Position numbers and translations under genes: made by a program
DNA from: Chiloscyllium plagiosum
Lineage: Eukaryota
DNA: 20,000 nucleotides
Assembly (NCBI RefSeq): GCF_004010195.1
Contig: NC_057750.1
Location: 476,247-496,246 of the forward strand
Reading direction: 5' to 3'
The notes under the pieces: generated by a model
Seen by the model: the letters and a program-made list of their open reading frames with translations, nothing else
Told to the model about the DNA's origin: nothing
Databases searched by the model: none
In this document: piece by piece, positions 8,380 through 18,422 of the stretch
How positions within the stretch are numbered: the first letter of the stretch is position 1
Layout: every line of letters begins with the position of its first letter

Positions 8380-10972
8380 GGTATTAGGCAAGAACTTTCA
8401 AAAGCTGATTGGAGGCAGATGTTCGCAGGTAAAGGGACGGCTGGAAAATGGGAAGCCTTCAGAAATGAGATAACAAGAATCCAGAGAAAGTATATTCCTG
8501 TCAGGGTGAAAGGGAAGGCTGGTAGGTATAGGGAATGCTGGATGACTTAAAGCAATTGAGGGTTTAGTTATGAAAAAGAAGGAAGCATATGTTATGTATA
8601 GACAGGATAGATCGAGTGAATCCTTAGAAGAGTATAAAGAAAGTAGGAGTATACTTAAGAGGGAAATCAGGAGGGCAAAAAGGGGACATGAGATAGCTTT
8701 GGTAAATAGAATTAAGGAGAATCCAAAGAGTTTTCACAAATGCACTAAGGACAAAAGGGTGACTAGGGAGAGAATAGGGCCCCTCAAAGATCAGCAAGGC
8801 GGCCTTTGTGTGGAGCCACAGAAAATGGGGGAGATACTAAATGAGTATTTTGCATCAGTATTTACTGTGGAAAAGGATATAGAAGATATAGAATGTGGGG
8901 AAATAGATGGTGACATCTTGCAAAATGTCCATATTACAGAAGAGGAAGTGCTGGATGTCCTGAAATGGGTAACGTTGGATAAATCCCCAGGACCTGATTA
9001 GGTGTACCCGAGAACTCTGTGGGAAGCTAGAGAAGTGATTGTTGGGCCTCTTGCTGAGATATTTGTATTATCGATTGTCACAGGTGAGGTGCTGGGAGAC
9101 TGGAAGTTGGTGAACATGGTGCCACTGTTTAAGAAGGGCAGTAAAGACAAGCCAGGGAACTATAGATCGGTGAGCCTGACCTCGGTGGTGGGCAAGTTGT
9201 TGGAGGGAATCCTGAGGGACAGGATGTACTGAATTTGGATTGGAAAGGCAAGGACTGATTAGGGATAGTCAACATGGTTTTGTGCGTGGGCAATCATGTC
9301 TCACAAACTTGATTGAGTTTTTTGAGGAAGTAACAAAGAGATTGATGAGGACAGAGTGGTAGATGTGATCTATAGACTTAAGTAAGGCATTCGACAAGGT
9401 TTCCCATGGGAGACTAACTAGCAAGGTTAGATCTCATGGAATACAGGGAGAACTAGCCATTTGGATACAGAACTGGCTCAAAGGTAGAAGACAGAGGGAG
9501 GTGTTGGAGGGTTGTTTTTCAGACTAGAGGCCTGTGACCAGTGGTGTGCCATAAGGATCAGTGCTGGGTCCTCTACTTTTTGTCATTTACATAAATGATT
9601 TGGATGCGAGCATAAGAGGTACAGTTAGTCAGTTTGCAAATGACACCAAAATTGGAGGTGTAGTGGACAGCGAAGAGGGTTACTTCAGATTACAACAGGA
9701 TCTTGACCAGATGGACCAATGGGCTGAGAAGTGGCAGATGGAGTTNNNNNNNNNNNNNNNNNNNNNNNNNNNNNNNNNNNNNNNNNNNNNNNNNNNNNNN
9801 NNNNNNNNNNNNNNNNNNNNNNNNNNNNNNNNNNNNNNNNNNNNNNNNNNNNNNNNNNNNNNNNNNNNNNNNNNNNNNNNNNNNNNNNNNNNNNNNNNNN
9901 NNNNNNNNNNNNNNNNNNNNNNNNNNNNNNNNNNNNNNNNNNNNNNNNNNNNNNNNNNNNNNNNNNNNNNNNNNNNNNNNNNNNNNNNNNNNNNNNNNNN
10001 NNNNNNNNNNNNNNNNNNNNNNNNNNNNNNNNNNNNNNNNNNNNNNNNNNNNNNNNNNNNNNNNNNNNNNNNNNNNNNNNNNNNNNNNNNNNNNNNNNNN
10101 NNNNNNNNNNNNNNNNNNNNNNNNNNNNNNNNNNNNNNNNNNNNNNNNNNNNNNNNNNNNNNNNNNNNNNNNNNNNNNNNNNNNNNNNNNNNNNNNNNNN
10201 NNNNNNNNNNNNNNNNNNNNNNNNNNNNNNNNNNNNNNNNNNNNNNNNNNNNNNNNNNNNNNNNNNNNNNNNNNNNNNNNNNNNNNNNNNNNNNNNNNNN
10301 NNNNNNNNNNNNNNNNNNNNNNNNNNNNNNNNNNNNNNNNNNNNNNNNNNNNNNNNNNNNNNNNNNNNNNNNNNNNNNNNNNNNNNNNNNNNNNNNNNNN
10401 NNNNNAGGCCACTGTAGGAATATTGCGTGCAATTCTGATCTCCTTCCTCTCGGAAAGATGTTGTGAAACTTGAAAGGATTCAGAAAAGATTTACAAGGAT
10501 GTTGCCATGGTTGGAGGATTTGAGCTACAGGGAGAGGATGAACAGGCTGGGGCTGTTTTTCCTGGAGTGTCGGAGGCTGAGGGGTGACCTTATAGAGTTT
10601 ACAAAATTATGAGGGGCATGGATAGGGTAAATAGGTAAAGTCTTTTCCCTGAGGTCAGGGAATCCAGAACTAGAGGGCATAGGTTTAGGGTGAGAGGGGA
10701 AAGATATAACAGAGACCTAAGGAGCAACCTTTTCCCACAGAGGGTGGTACATGTATGGAATGAGCTGCCAGAGGATGTGGTGGAGGCTGGTACAATTGCA
10801 ACATTTAAGAGGCATTTGGATGGGTACATGAATAGGAAGGGTTTGGAGGGATATGGGCAAGGTGCTGGCAGGTGGGACTAGATTGGGTTGGGATATCTGG
10901 TTGGCATGGATGGGTTGGACCGAGGGGTCTGTTTCCATGCTGTACATCTCTATGACTCTTTGACTCTGTGAC
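8380..10972 (+). mobile_element. CR1 LINE ORF2 (RT) through to the 3' tail, decayed, spanning a gap
   Basis: [54 protein letters not shown] and QRVVHVWNELP. Terminal 8-nt repeats tatgactc-tttgactc-tgtgac. Confidence 0.97.
9746..10405. other. Assembly gap (660 N)
   Basis: Run of N. Confidence 1.
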
Positions 10973-11440
10973 CAATTGAACCATTTGACTAAATATTCTC
11001 CAACAGTGCAGGATCAGGTAAGGAGTTACTGAAGGAAAATGAAAACCGTACAATAAGTCGACAATAAATGGCTCCTGAAAAATAAAATAAATGAAAATTC
11101 TTTGCCCATTGTGAATGGATCATTCATGTTTCTTTTATCTTTGCACATGGCAGTTGGTTTTAAGTTCAATTCTGCTTGGAACTGGCTGCTAATTGACAGT
11201 GGACTGTTGTCTAAGCCTTTTAGGAGTTTTAATGTCCCATTTCAACTCTCTGATTATCACATCCCTTTTAAATATTACATATCATTCTCTGATCCCACTT
11301 CAGATGAGCACACTGACTAAGTGAGTTTCGGAATATGCCAAATGGGAAATTCTGGATGCCTTACTAGTCTTTACTTGTGTTAGTTTGTTAATGTCCTCAA
11401 CAGCAATAATTCCAGGCTCCAGGCATCAAGAATACAGGAG

Positions 11441-11600
11441 TGAAATATTGCCGACACTATAATCTGAAATGAAAACAGAAAGTGCTGGCATTGCTCATCA
11501 GATCAGGCAATATCAATGTTTCTCTCTCCATTGACTATGAAACCTCCGATTATTTTTAGCATTTTTGCTTTTATTCCACCTTTCAAAATTCTTGACTTTA
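11441..11600. mobile_element. Decayed inverted (fold-back) copy of the Penelope-like short repeat, hammerhead core not recognisable
   Basis: The left arm aatctgaaatgaaaacagaaagtgctgg resembles the reverse complement of 17740-17768. The right arm tttctctctcca...agcatttttgcttttatt resembles 17700-17760. Confidence 0.6.
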
Positions 11601-11736
11601 CTTGCAAATTTCAGTTCAAATCAATGTTTTTCCGCTGTGAATATGTTGGGTTAACGAGACTGTGGCTCCCTGAACCAAGGCTTTGATTATGGTCTTAGCT
11701 GCTGGGACATTTGCAAGTGGAAATCCTTTCTCCTCA

Positions 11737-12069
11737 AATTTTTTACATAAATATTTATATTAAAAACTTTTTCAAACCTTTTAAAAAACAACTATATATA
11801 AAAAGCAATACCAAAGTACAAAAAGGTAGCGGTAGTACAACAATATCATATCACCACCCTATTAATGATAAACTACCCAATCTTCAACCAGAACAAAGGT
11901 ATCTACTTAAACTAAATTAAACTACAATCAAATTAAATAAAAATTAAATGAAGCTGAATTCAAATTAGCTTAAATTAAATTATATCACATTATTCTATTT
12001 CACTCATCACACCTCCACTAAACTCACACCCCTGGGGGCATCAGTCATTGTACCCGTAATTTTTTTTTT
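11737..12069 (-). mobile_element. AT-rich 333-bp putative insertion (possible L1/Tx1-type 3'UTR) with 11-bp direct repeats
   Basis: ctttctcctca at 11726-11736 and 12070-12080, an abrupt A/C-rich and G-poor composition, and a short T-run at the left end. Confidence 0.4.
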
Positions 12070-12289
12070 CTTTCTCCTCATTTTAATACTAACTTTGCTA
12101 AGGAGACAAAGATAAAATCGGCATAGTCCCAGAAGCCGTGGAGTCGCAGGGGTGGGGAATGTGTGGGGGGGTTGGTGGGGAAGAGACAGAGACAGGGTTT
12201 ACTGAGTTTAACCTGGTGCTCACCACATTAGGAGGTGGTGAAGATACTGTTGTCTAACGAGTTAAGGTTGGACAGGCACAGTCTATGCC

Positions 12290-12670
12290 CATTGCAGTTT
12301 AGAAAAACCAGAGGAGATCTTACTGAGACATATTTGACAGGACGTTTCCGCTTGTGGGTGAGACTAAAGCTGTCCAACACCATTTTAAAGTAAGGAATCT
12401 CCCATTAAAGACAGAGATAGAGTAATAGAGTCATACGGCATGGAAACAGATCCTTCGGTCTAATCAGTCCATGTTGACCATAATTCCAAACTAAACTAGT
12501 CCCAATTGCCTGCACTTGGCCCATATCCCTCCAAACCATTTCCCATTCATGCACTTATCCAAATGTCTTTTGGAGTCTGCAGTCAGTTTAGCTATGTTCT
12601 TACCAATTGGCAGAGCAGATTTGAAGGGCTGAATAGCATACTTCTGCTTCTAATTTGGACATTTGCCTAT
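12290..12670 (+). mobile_element. Old CR1 3' end fragments (12290-12417, 12571-12670) flanking an antisense CR1 tail
   Basis: gaggagatcttactgagacata...tttccgcttgtgggtgagacta, and the tail ggcagagcagatttgaagggctgaatagcatacttctgcttct, similar to 5840-5885. Confidence 0.6.
12418..12570 (-). mobile_element. CR1 LINE 3' tail
   Basis: atagagtcatacggcatggaaacagatccttcgg...ccatatccctccaaacc...tccaaatgtctttt is a reverse-complement homologue of 10805-10960. Confidence 0.85.
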
Positions 12671-13019
12671 GTCTCTCTGCACTGAAGTTGCTGTGATTAA
12701 AAGCACCTTAGAATAATAAAGCCTCATGGAGTTTTGTAACATCTAATAAAGGCCATGGTCAATTCCCTCTCCCCATCCACATAGCTGTTCCTCATCAGCA
12801 AGCCAGCTTGACAGAGTCAGTTCATTAATCCTGTACTCCCAATGGGCCAGCACGCTCAAGGAGAGTGTGAGCTGCAAGAATTTATCAAACAATCTCCTTG
12901 TCAGGCACCTTCGAGTGCGTCTCTCTGTTGAGACTGGGATCAGGAAGATTACACCATTCTTGTCATTTTATAGAATGAATCCAGTTGAGCAAGAACTTGT
13001 TGAGATTCCTTAATCTGGG

Positions 13020-13105
13020 AGAGCATGAGAATTCTGGTGCAGAGATAGCAGTGAATCTAATGGGCTGATTGGCCACCTTCCATATTGAGATTTCTTTGAT
13101 ATTCT
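13020..13105 (+). mobile_element. Very old CR1-type 3' tail
   Basis: atgggctgattggccaccttccatattgagatttctttgatattct resembles the CR1/HE1 terminal motif. Confidence 0.45.
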
Positions 13106-13297
13106 GAAAATTCTCCATTTTAACAATTTCCAGAAAGTTCATTCTTGATCTTATTAAGTTGTCAATTTGCTGCTATTTTTGCTTTGAGTATCTGGCTGTT
13201 TTTCTGTACATAGCAAAAAGCTTATCAGATTCCTATTCTTTGTGTCAAATATATAAACTCCACAAAATAGGCAAGATTGACAACTTCCCTCAGTCAT

Positions 13298-13579
13298 CCG
13301 GGGTGGCTTAGTGGTTAGAACTGCTGCCCAGGGTCCTGGGTTCAATTCCAACCTTGGGTGACTGGGTGGAATTTACACATCACCCCCCATGTCTATGTGA
13401 GTTTCCTCTGGGTGCACTGGTTTCCTCCCACAGCCCAAAGATGTGCAGGCTAAGTGGATTAGCCATGAGAAATGCAGGGTTAGGGTAATGGGCTGGGTCT
13501 GGGTTGGATGCTCTTTAGAGGGTTGGTGTGGACTTGATGGGCTAAATGGTCTGCTTCTGCACTGTAAGGATTCCATTCT
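13298..13579 (+). mobile_element. HE1-like V-SINE
   Basis: gtggcttagtggttag (A box), gggttcaattcc (B box), core tttcctcccacagcccaaagatgtgcaggctaag, and tail gatgggctaaatggtctgcttctgcactgtaaggattc. Confidence 0.88.
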
Positions 13580-13599
13580 TGGGACATGGGTAAATGTTC

Positions 13600-13730
13600 A
13601 TCTGGTTGCAATGTCCACCAAAATGGTTGACCCTTAACCTCTGAAGTGACTGAGCAAATCATTCCCTTTTTTTAAATCAAGAAATTCCGCCCTCACTTTC
13701 ACAAAGTCAACAAGGGGTGGGCAATATATG
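13600..13730 (+). mobile_element. Decayed 3' fragment of the second SINE family
   Basis: ccaccaaaatggttgacccttaac and gggtgggcaata resemble 3473-3520 and the reverse complement of 3710-3760. Confidence 0.5.
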
Positions 13731-15341
13731 TCAGAATTAATGATGAAATGTCCTGGGCGATGGAGAGCAGGGTAAGTAATGAGCAAACTCCAAGGTGATT
13801 CTCAGAAGAGTTGTGTAGAAAGTTCCTCCTGTGACTGAAAAATAAAAATCTCACACAACGCCACAAATCTGTTTGCTGTTTGCATCAAGCAGTAGTACTG
13901 CAGTCATTAAACATCTCCCATTACGCATTGACCAACCGTCAGTGACCATTCCTCACAGCTATTGGAGTCCTGTGGCTTCTCACAAAATATTATCTGACAG
14001 TTTTTCCTTCCCTACAGCAGACTTTAAAATAATTCTTCAAATGTGAAAAGCTATGCCTGAAATGAGCAGCAGCAATGTATTATTTCTAAGATGGGGAAAG
14101 CCGGATAAACACATAAGGGAGAAAAGAAGTTAATGCTGAAGGGAGGGGAGATGAAGAGGCAATGGGGGAGGCTCGTGTGGGGTAACTGTGGGGCTGGAGA
14201 GCAGGAGGGTTGTTGGATGTTCCCTATAAAACATCGTCACTTGTGACTGAAGTTATTTATCACACTCCTTCCCCATCATGCACATTCTGTCAGATAGATG
14301 GCTTGCTTACAGCTCTCATCACCTGCAGCCACCTCCAGTAAATTGGGCAATAAGATTTTGAATTCCTATAGTGTGCAGAAGGTGAGAGACAATTTAGTGT
14401 AATGACAGTGCAGGTACAATTACTCCCTAGATAATGAATAGCTGCTCCAGTGAACAATTGCACATAACGCTGAGGTGACTCTGATTTTGTGACTGAAAAC
14501 AAAGTGGGGCAGAGATGAGATTCAGTGATGAGACTGATAACTGTTAGGGCCACAGGAAGGAGTGAGCATGGGGACAAACAAATGTTTGAAATCTGGAAGA
14601 AACGACAAAGGATTGAAAGTGAAGGAGTACATTTAAAATAGGCTAAAGGATTAATTATCTTCTGAGGTTAAGGGCCTAAAGGGCATTGAATCTATCCACT
14701 GTGTATCCTTGGTCTGTGAATGGCTGACCTAGAAAGAATTTCTTTTACTTATTCATTAATCTGATAGTTGGATTAGACAGAGTCAGAGGTAACCAGATTA
14801 AGATTAACGTGACGAGAATACTAGTCCTCCCTTGGTCTTGGTGAGTCTGGTCTCCTTCCAGAATCCTCTCCTCTCTGATTAATTATCTTGGTCGTGTGGC
14901 ATTTAATTAACATGGGAGGAGGTTCTAGCCTGGCACTTTCATTTTTATTGAAGAAAATAAATGCTTTGCTTAATTAACCTTCAAAATGTTTTATCCCTGT
15001 TGAGTTTCAGGATTTACATACCATTTTTAAAAAAAGTTTTAACTATAGTTTTGTTTCTGAAAGAAGTTTGGACTCCTGCATGTTTTTGATGTGTTGGAAG
15101 GGGTGTGAGTATTGTAGGTGGCACCTCTGATCACTCAGGAAATCTGCCCATCATTCTGCCAATCAGCTGTCAGGAGCTGATATGTAGAACATTGTCAGGT
15201 TTCTCGGCCTATCACAGGCTTCAATGATGGCAAGGTGCCCAGGTGCTATTGGCCAATCAGAGCTGAGCAGCTCCTGGGTCCCAAAGTCCACTGCTCGATG
15301 TTGAGCCCTCGGCCATCCAGCCATGAGGAGGTCACTTCTCT

Positions 15342-15474
15342 AAAAACCAAAGGAATTGCTGAATCTGTAATTCAAAACCAAAAACAGAAATCGCTGGAAA
15401 AGCTCAGCATATCTGGCAGCATCTGTGGAGAGAAGTTAGAGGTAACTTTTTGAATCGAGTTACCCCGTCCTCAG
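15342..15474 (-). mobile_element. Penelope-like short insertion with TSD and decayed hammerhead core
   Basis: aggtcacttct at 15329-15339 and 15473-15483. The minus strand starts ctgagga-cggggtaactcgattc-aaaaagtt. The body gatgctgccagatatgctgagcttttccagc is homologous to 2046-2076 and 17714-17744. Confidence 0.78.
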
Positions 15475-15534
15475 GTCACTTCTATCTCCTTTCCCACAAG
15501 GTGGAGCTCAGGGGATGAGGGGGAGGGCACAATC

Positions 15535-15870
15535 ACACAATCGTGTCATAGGGTAGAAGAAGGCCATTCAGTCCATCATGCCTACATTGGTTCTCTGAGC
15601 ACATTAACCTACTGTCATTCTCCTGCCTTTTCCCTATGACCCCATATACCATTTCTGTTTAAATAATCATCTAACACCATCTACAATGTCTCATGTGAGT
15701 CAGCCTCCATCACATTTCCAAGTAATTCATTCCATACCCTAACCACTCGCTCTGTGAAAAACATTTATTCTCACGTTGCATTTGCTACTTTTGTAAAACC
15801 CTTTAAAAGCTGTGCCTTCTGATTCTTGATCTGTTTTTCAGTGGGAGCACTTTCTCCCCATCATATTCTG
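15535..15870 (-). mobile_element. Old CR1 3' end
   Basis: agaagaaggccattcagtccatc...ttccataccctaaccactcgctctgtgaaaaa, which is the reverse complement of 'FFTERVVRVWNEL'. Confidence 0.8.
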
Positions 15871-16732
15871 TGAAAACTGTTCACAAGCCAATGGGAATTG
15901 TCACCGTGATTTCTCTCCCTGTTTGTGGACAGTGAGCTCAAGGAGGGAGATGCTATGGAGTAATGTAGAACAGAGTTCGGCTATTCCATTAAAAAAAATC
16001 TGACAATGGAAAGGCAACGTGACATTCTGTGAGGAATTATTCTCAAAGTGGACTATCCCATTGCTCAGCACAGTCTCTGGTCATTCAAAACACGGGGAAA
16101 ATTTTGAATTGGAATTTTAAGACCAATGATCAGGGACAGACAAGGAATGTCACGAATGCAGAGGAAGTGTAGACAAATCCGGAACGGAACGAAATGTACA
16201 AATATGGGCTGCACTTTCAGTTGGGCAGGACTCTGAAATTTCATCGAGGCAAGAATGAAGAAAACAATCTTTTTGGTGCTCCAATCTGTCCTTGCTCACT
16301 GACCTGCTCCCCTTTCTCTGCCATATACTGGACTACAAGTCAATCAAGGAATTGCAGCCAAGTCAGCTCTGTGAACAGTCCCTATCTGACCACCAGCACT
16401 TACCCAAGAGGCCATTCTTCTATATCAGTCTTGGCCACGAGAGTGTGCAGAATGGTTGGTTGACACCGTCACTGGAGCTTCACCCTTTCCTGACCTTCCA
16501 GGTGGTTGGGGGGTAGAGAGAAGGGGAAGTATGGGGATTGGCTGGGAGAATCAGTAATCAGAAAGTGTGAAAATATACTCATCCATTTGAACTGTCATCC
16601 ATGGTGACTGGACAGCAATGAGAGTCACTGTGAAGGGTTTAGCCTAAATTGATGAACGTTTATCTTCAGACAGCTTCTCATTATTTGAAAGATACCAAAC
16701 ATGTTATTGTGAAACAATGGTTACAATTCCTC

Positions 16733-17058
16733 GTCATAGAATCAGAGAATCTCCACAATGTGGAAGGAGGCCATTTGGCCCATCAAGTCCACACCGACCT
16801 GCTGAAGGGCATCTCATCCCCTACCTTTTCCCCTGCATTTCCCCTGGCTAACCCATCTAACCTAAATATCCCTGGACATTATGGGACAATTTCCCATGGC
16901 CAATCCACCCTAATCTTTAGACTTGGGAGGAAACTGGAGCACTTGGAGGAAACCCACGCAGACATGAGAAGAATGTGCAAACTCCACACAGACAGTTGTC
17001 TGAGGCTGGAATCAAACCTGGAATCGAATTGAACTGCTACCCACTGAGCCACTTTCCT
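16733..17058 (-). mobile_element. HE1-like V-SINE
   Basis: ggaggaaacccacgcagacatgagaagaatgtgcaaactccacacagacag is nearly identical to 1403-1454. Head tgctacccactgagccact and tail tcatagaatcagagaatc. Confidence 0.9.
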
Positions 17059-17659
17059 GCTTGCCTTAGCATCTCTCACCTTCATTAGCATCATGGACTT
17101 AATATAACTCATGTACAGGCAGTGCTGCTTTTTATTGGATAGCTGAACCAATGAACAATAACCCAATTTTAAATCTCCTTCCTGTATAAATGTCAGGCTT
17201 GATGCAGCTCCCAGGAGACTGTGGCTGAGCTCTTGTGATGAGCTTTGTGTGAAAGTAATGATGTTATTTTCAGGAGGAATTGGAAACAGCAAACAAGAAA
17301 GGTCTGTTCGAGGTGACTGGGACTGTGCTGTGAGGAGTGTTGAGGGAGCACTTGGAGGCAGGGAAAATTAGTGGCTCTCTGTGTTTCAGCATCGCAGTGA
17401 AAATCCAGGTATTTAATGAGATTACTGGTGGAATGCAGAAGCTGAAATTTACAATAGTTTGTTTCAGTGGCTTTTATACTCAGTCACATCTAATCGTTCA
17501 CGTTCCCTGATCAATTGGAGTGAGCTGGTGTCATGATGGTGCCTCCTCATACCAGAAGTGAGACAGCAATTGGACAAGCAGAGGGCCTGAAATTTATGTT
17601 GGGTCGCACTGTTAATCAATAATGGCATTGATGCTATAGTTAGAGATGAGCTAACTGGC

Positions 17660-17797
17660 ATTCTGAAGGAGAGTCACTCCAAACTTGAAACATTAACTGT
17701 TTCTCTCTCCACAGATACTGCCAGGCCTGCTGAGTTTCTCCAGCATTTTCTGTGTTTGTTTCAGATTTCCAGCATCTGCAGTATTTCATCTTTATTA
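17660..17797 (+). mobile_element. Penelope-like short repeat with decayed hammerhead core
   Basis: ctgaagg-agagtcactccaaactt-gaaacatt followed by cagatactgccaggcctgctgagtttctccagc...tccagcatctgcag, homologous to 2001-2125. No clear TSD. Confidence 0.78.
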
Positions 17798-17799
17798 TG

Positions 17800-18320
17800 A
17801 ACAGACAGCGGATATTATCTGGCTGGCAGTGGACAGAGGGTATGCAGAAATGGCAGTGTGACACAACTGGAGTCTCACAAAGGGTCTGTGCTGGGGCCTC
17901 AACATTTTACAATTTACAGCAATGAAATCAATGAGGAGAAAGTCAGAAATCACATGACACCAGGTTATAGTTTATTTGAAATCACAAGCTTTCGAAGTAC
18001 TGCTGTTTTGTCACATCATCTGACAAAGGAGCAGTGCTCTGAAAGCTTGTGATTTCAAATAAACTATAACTTGGTGTCATGTGATTTCTGACCTTGTCCA
18101 CCCCAATCCAACACCAGCATCTCCACATCATCAATAAGGAGTGTGAAGACATGGGAGGTAAATTTGCAGACAACACCTAGACAGGAAAGGATGTGGTGGA
18201 GGAGACATAAGCAGCCTCACACAATTGGAAGAGGGTGTGGGTACAAATCTGGCAAGTGGAGTCTCGTGTGGGAAAATGTAAGGTTGCTCATTTGGGTAGG
18301 AAGGACTTAAAACAAAAACT
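17800..18320 (+). mobile_element. Old CR1 RT fragment interrupted by a palindromic insertion
   Basis: GSVLGPQHFTIYSNEINEE [insert] CEDMGGKFADNT...WQVE...KCKVAHLGRK. Confidence 0.8.
17939..18129 (+). mobile_element. 191-bp palindromic Penelope-like insertion with hammerhead-like cores in both arms, 12-bp TSD
   Basis: Arms 17942-18016 and 18018-18092 are complementary at 68/75 positions. TSD atcaatgaggag (17927-17938) versus atcaataaggag (18130-18141). Core ctgacaa-aggagcagtgctct-gaaagctt at 18020-18048. Confidence 0.85.
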
Positions 18321-18334
18321 GAAATTCTGATCTG

Positions 18335-18420
18335 TAGATCATAGAATCTGTACAGTGTGGAAGCAGGCCATTCAGCCCATTGAGTTCACACTGACCCTCG
18401 AAGGACATTCAACCCCATAT
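18335..18420 (-). mobile_element. HE1/CR1-type 3' tail fragment
   Basis: atcatagaatctgtacagtgtggaagcaggccattcagcccat...cacactgaccctc, similar to 16733-16800. Confidence 0.75.
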
Positions 18421-18422
18421 TT

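Noticed and set aside
7702..10473. Long ORFs of 211-301 aa in the ORF track
   Set aside because: Artefacts of translating through N gaps.
13940..14090. Faint resemblance to a Deu-domain SINE (SacSINE1/AmnSINE1-like) 3' part
   Set aside because: Too diverged to support by eye and would need an nhmmer search against Dfam.
17858..18176. Two near-identical peptides on opposite strands (KVRNHMTP.YSLFEITSF)
   Set aside because: A direct consequence of the DNA palindrome, not a gene pair.
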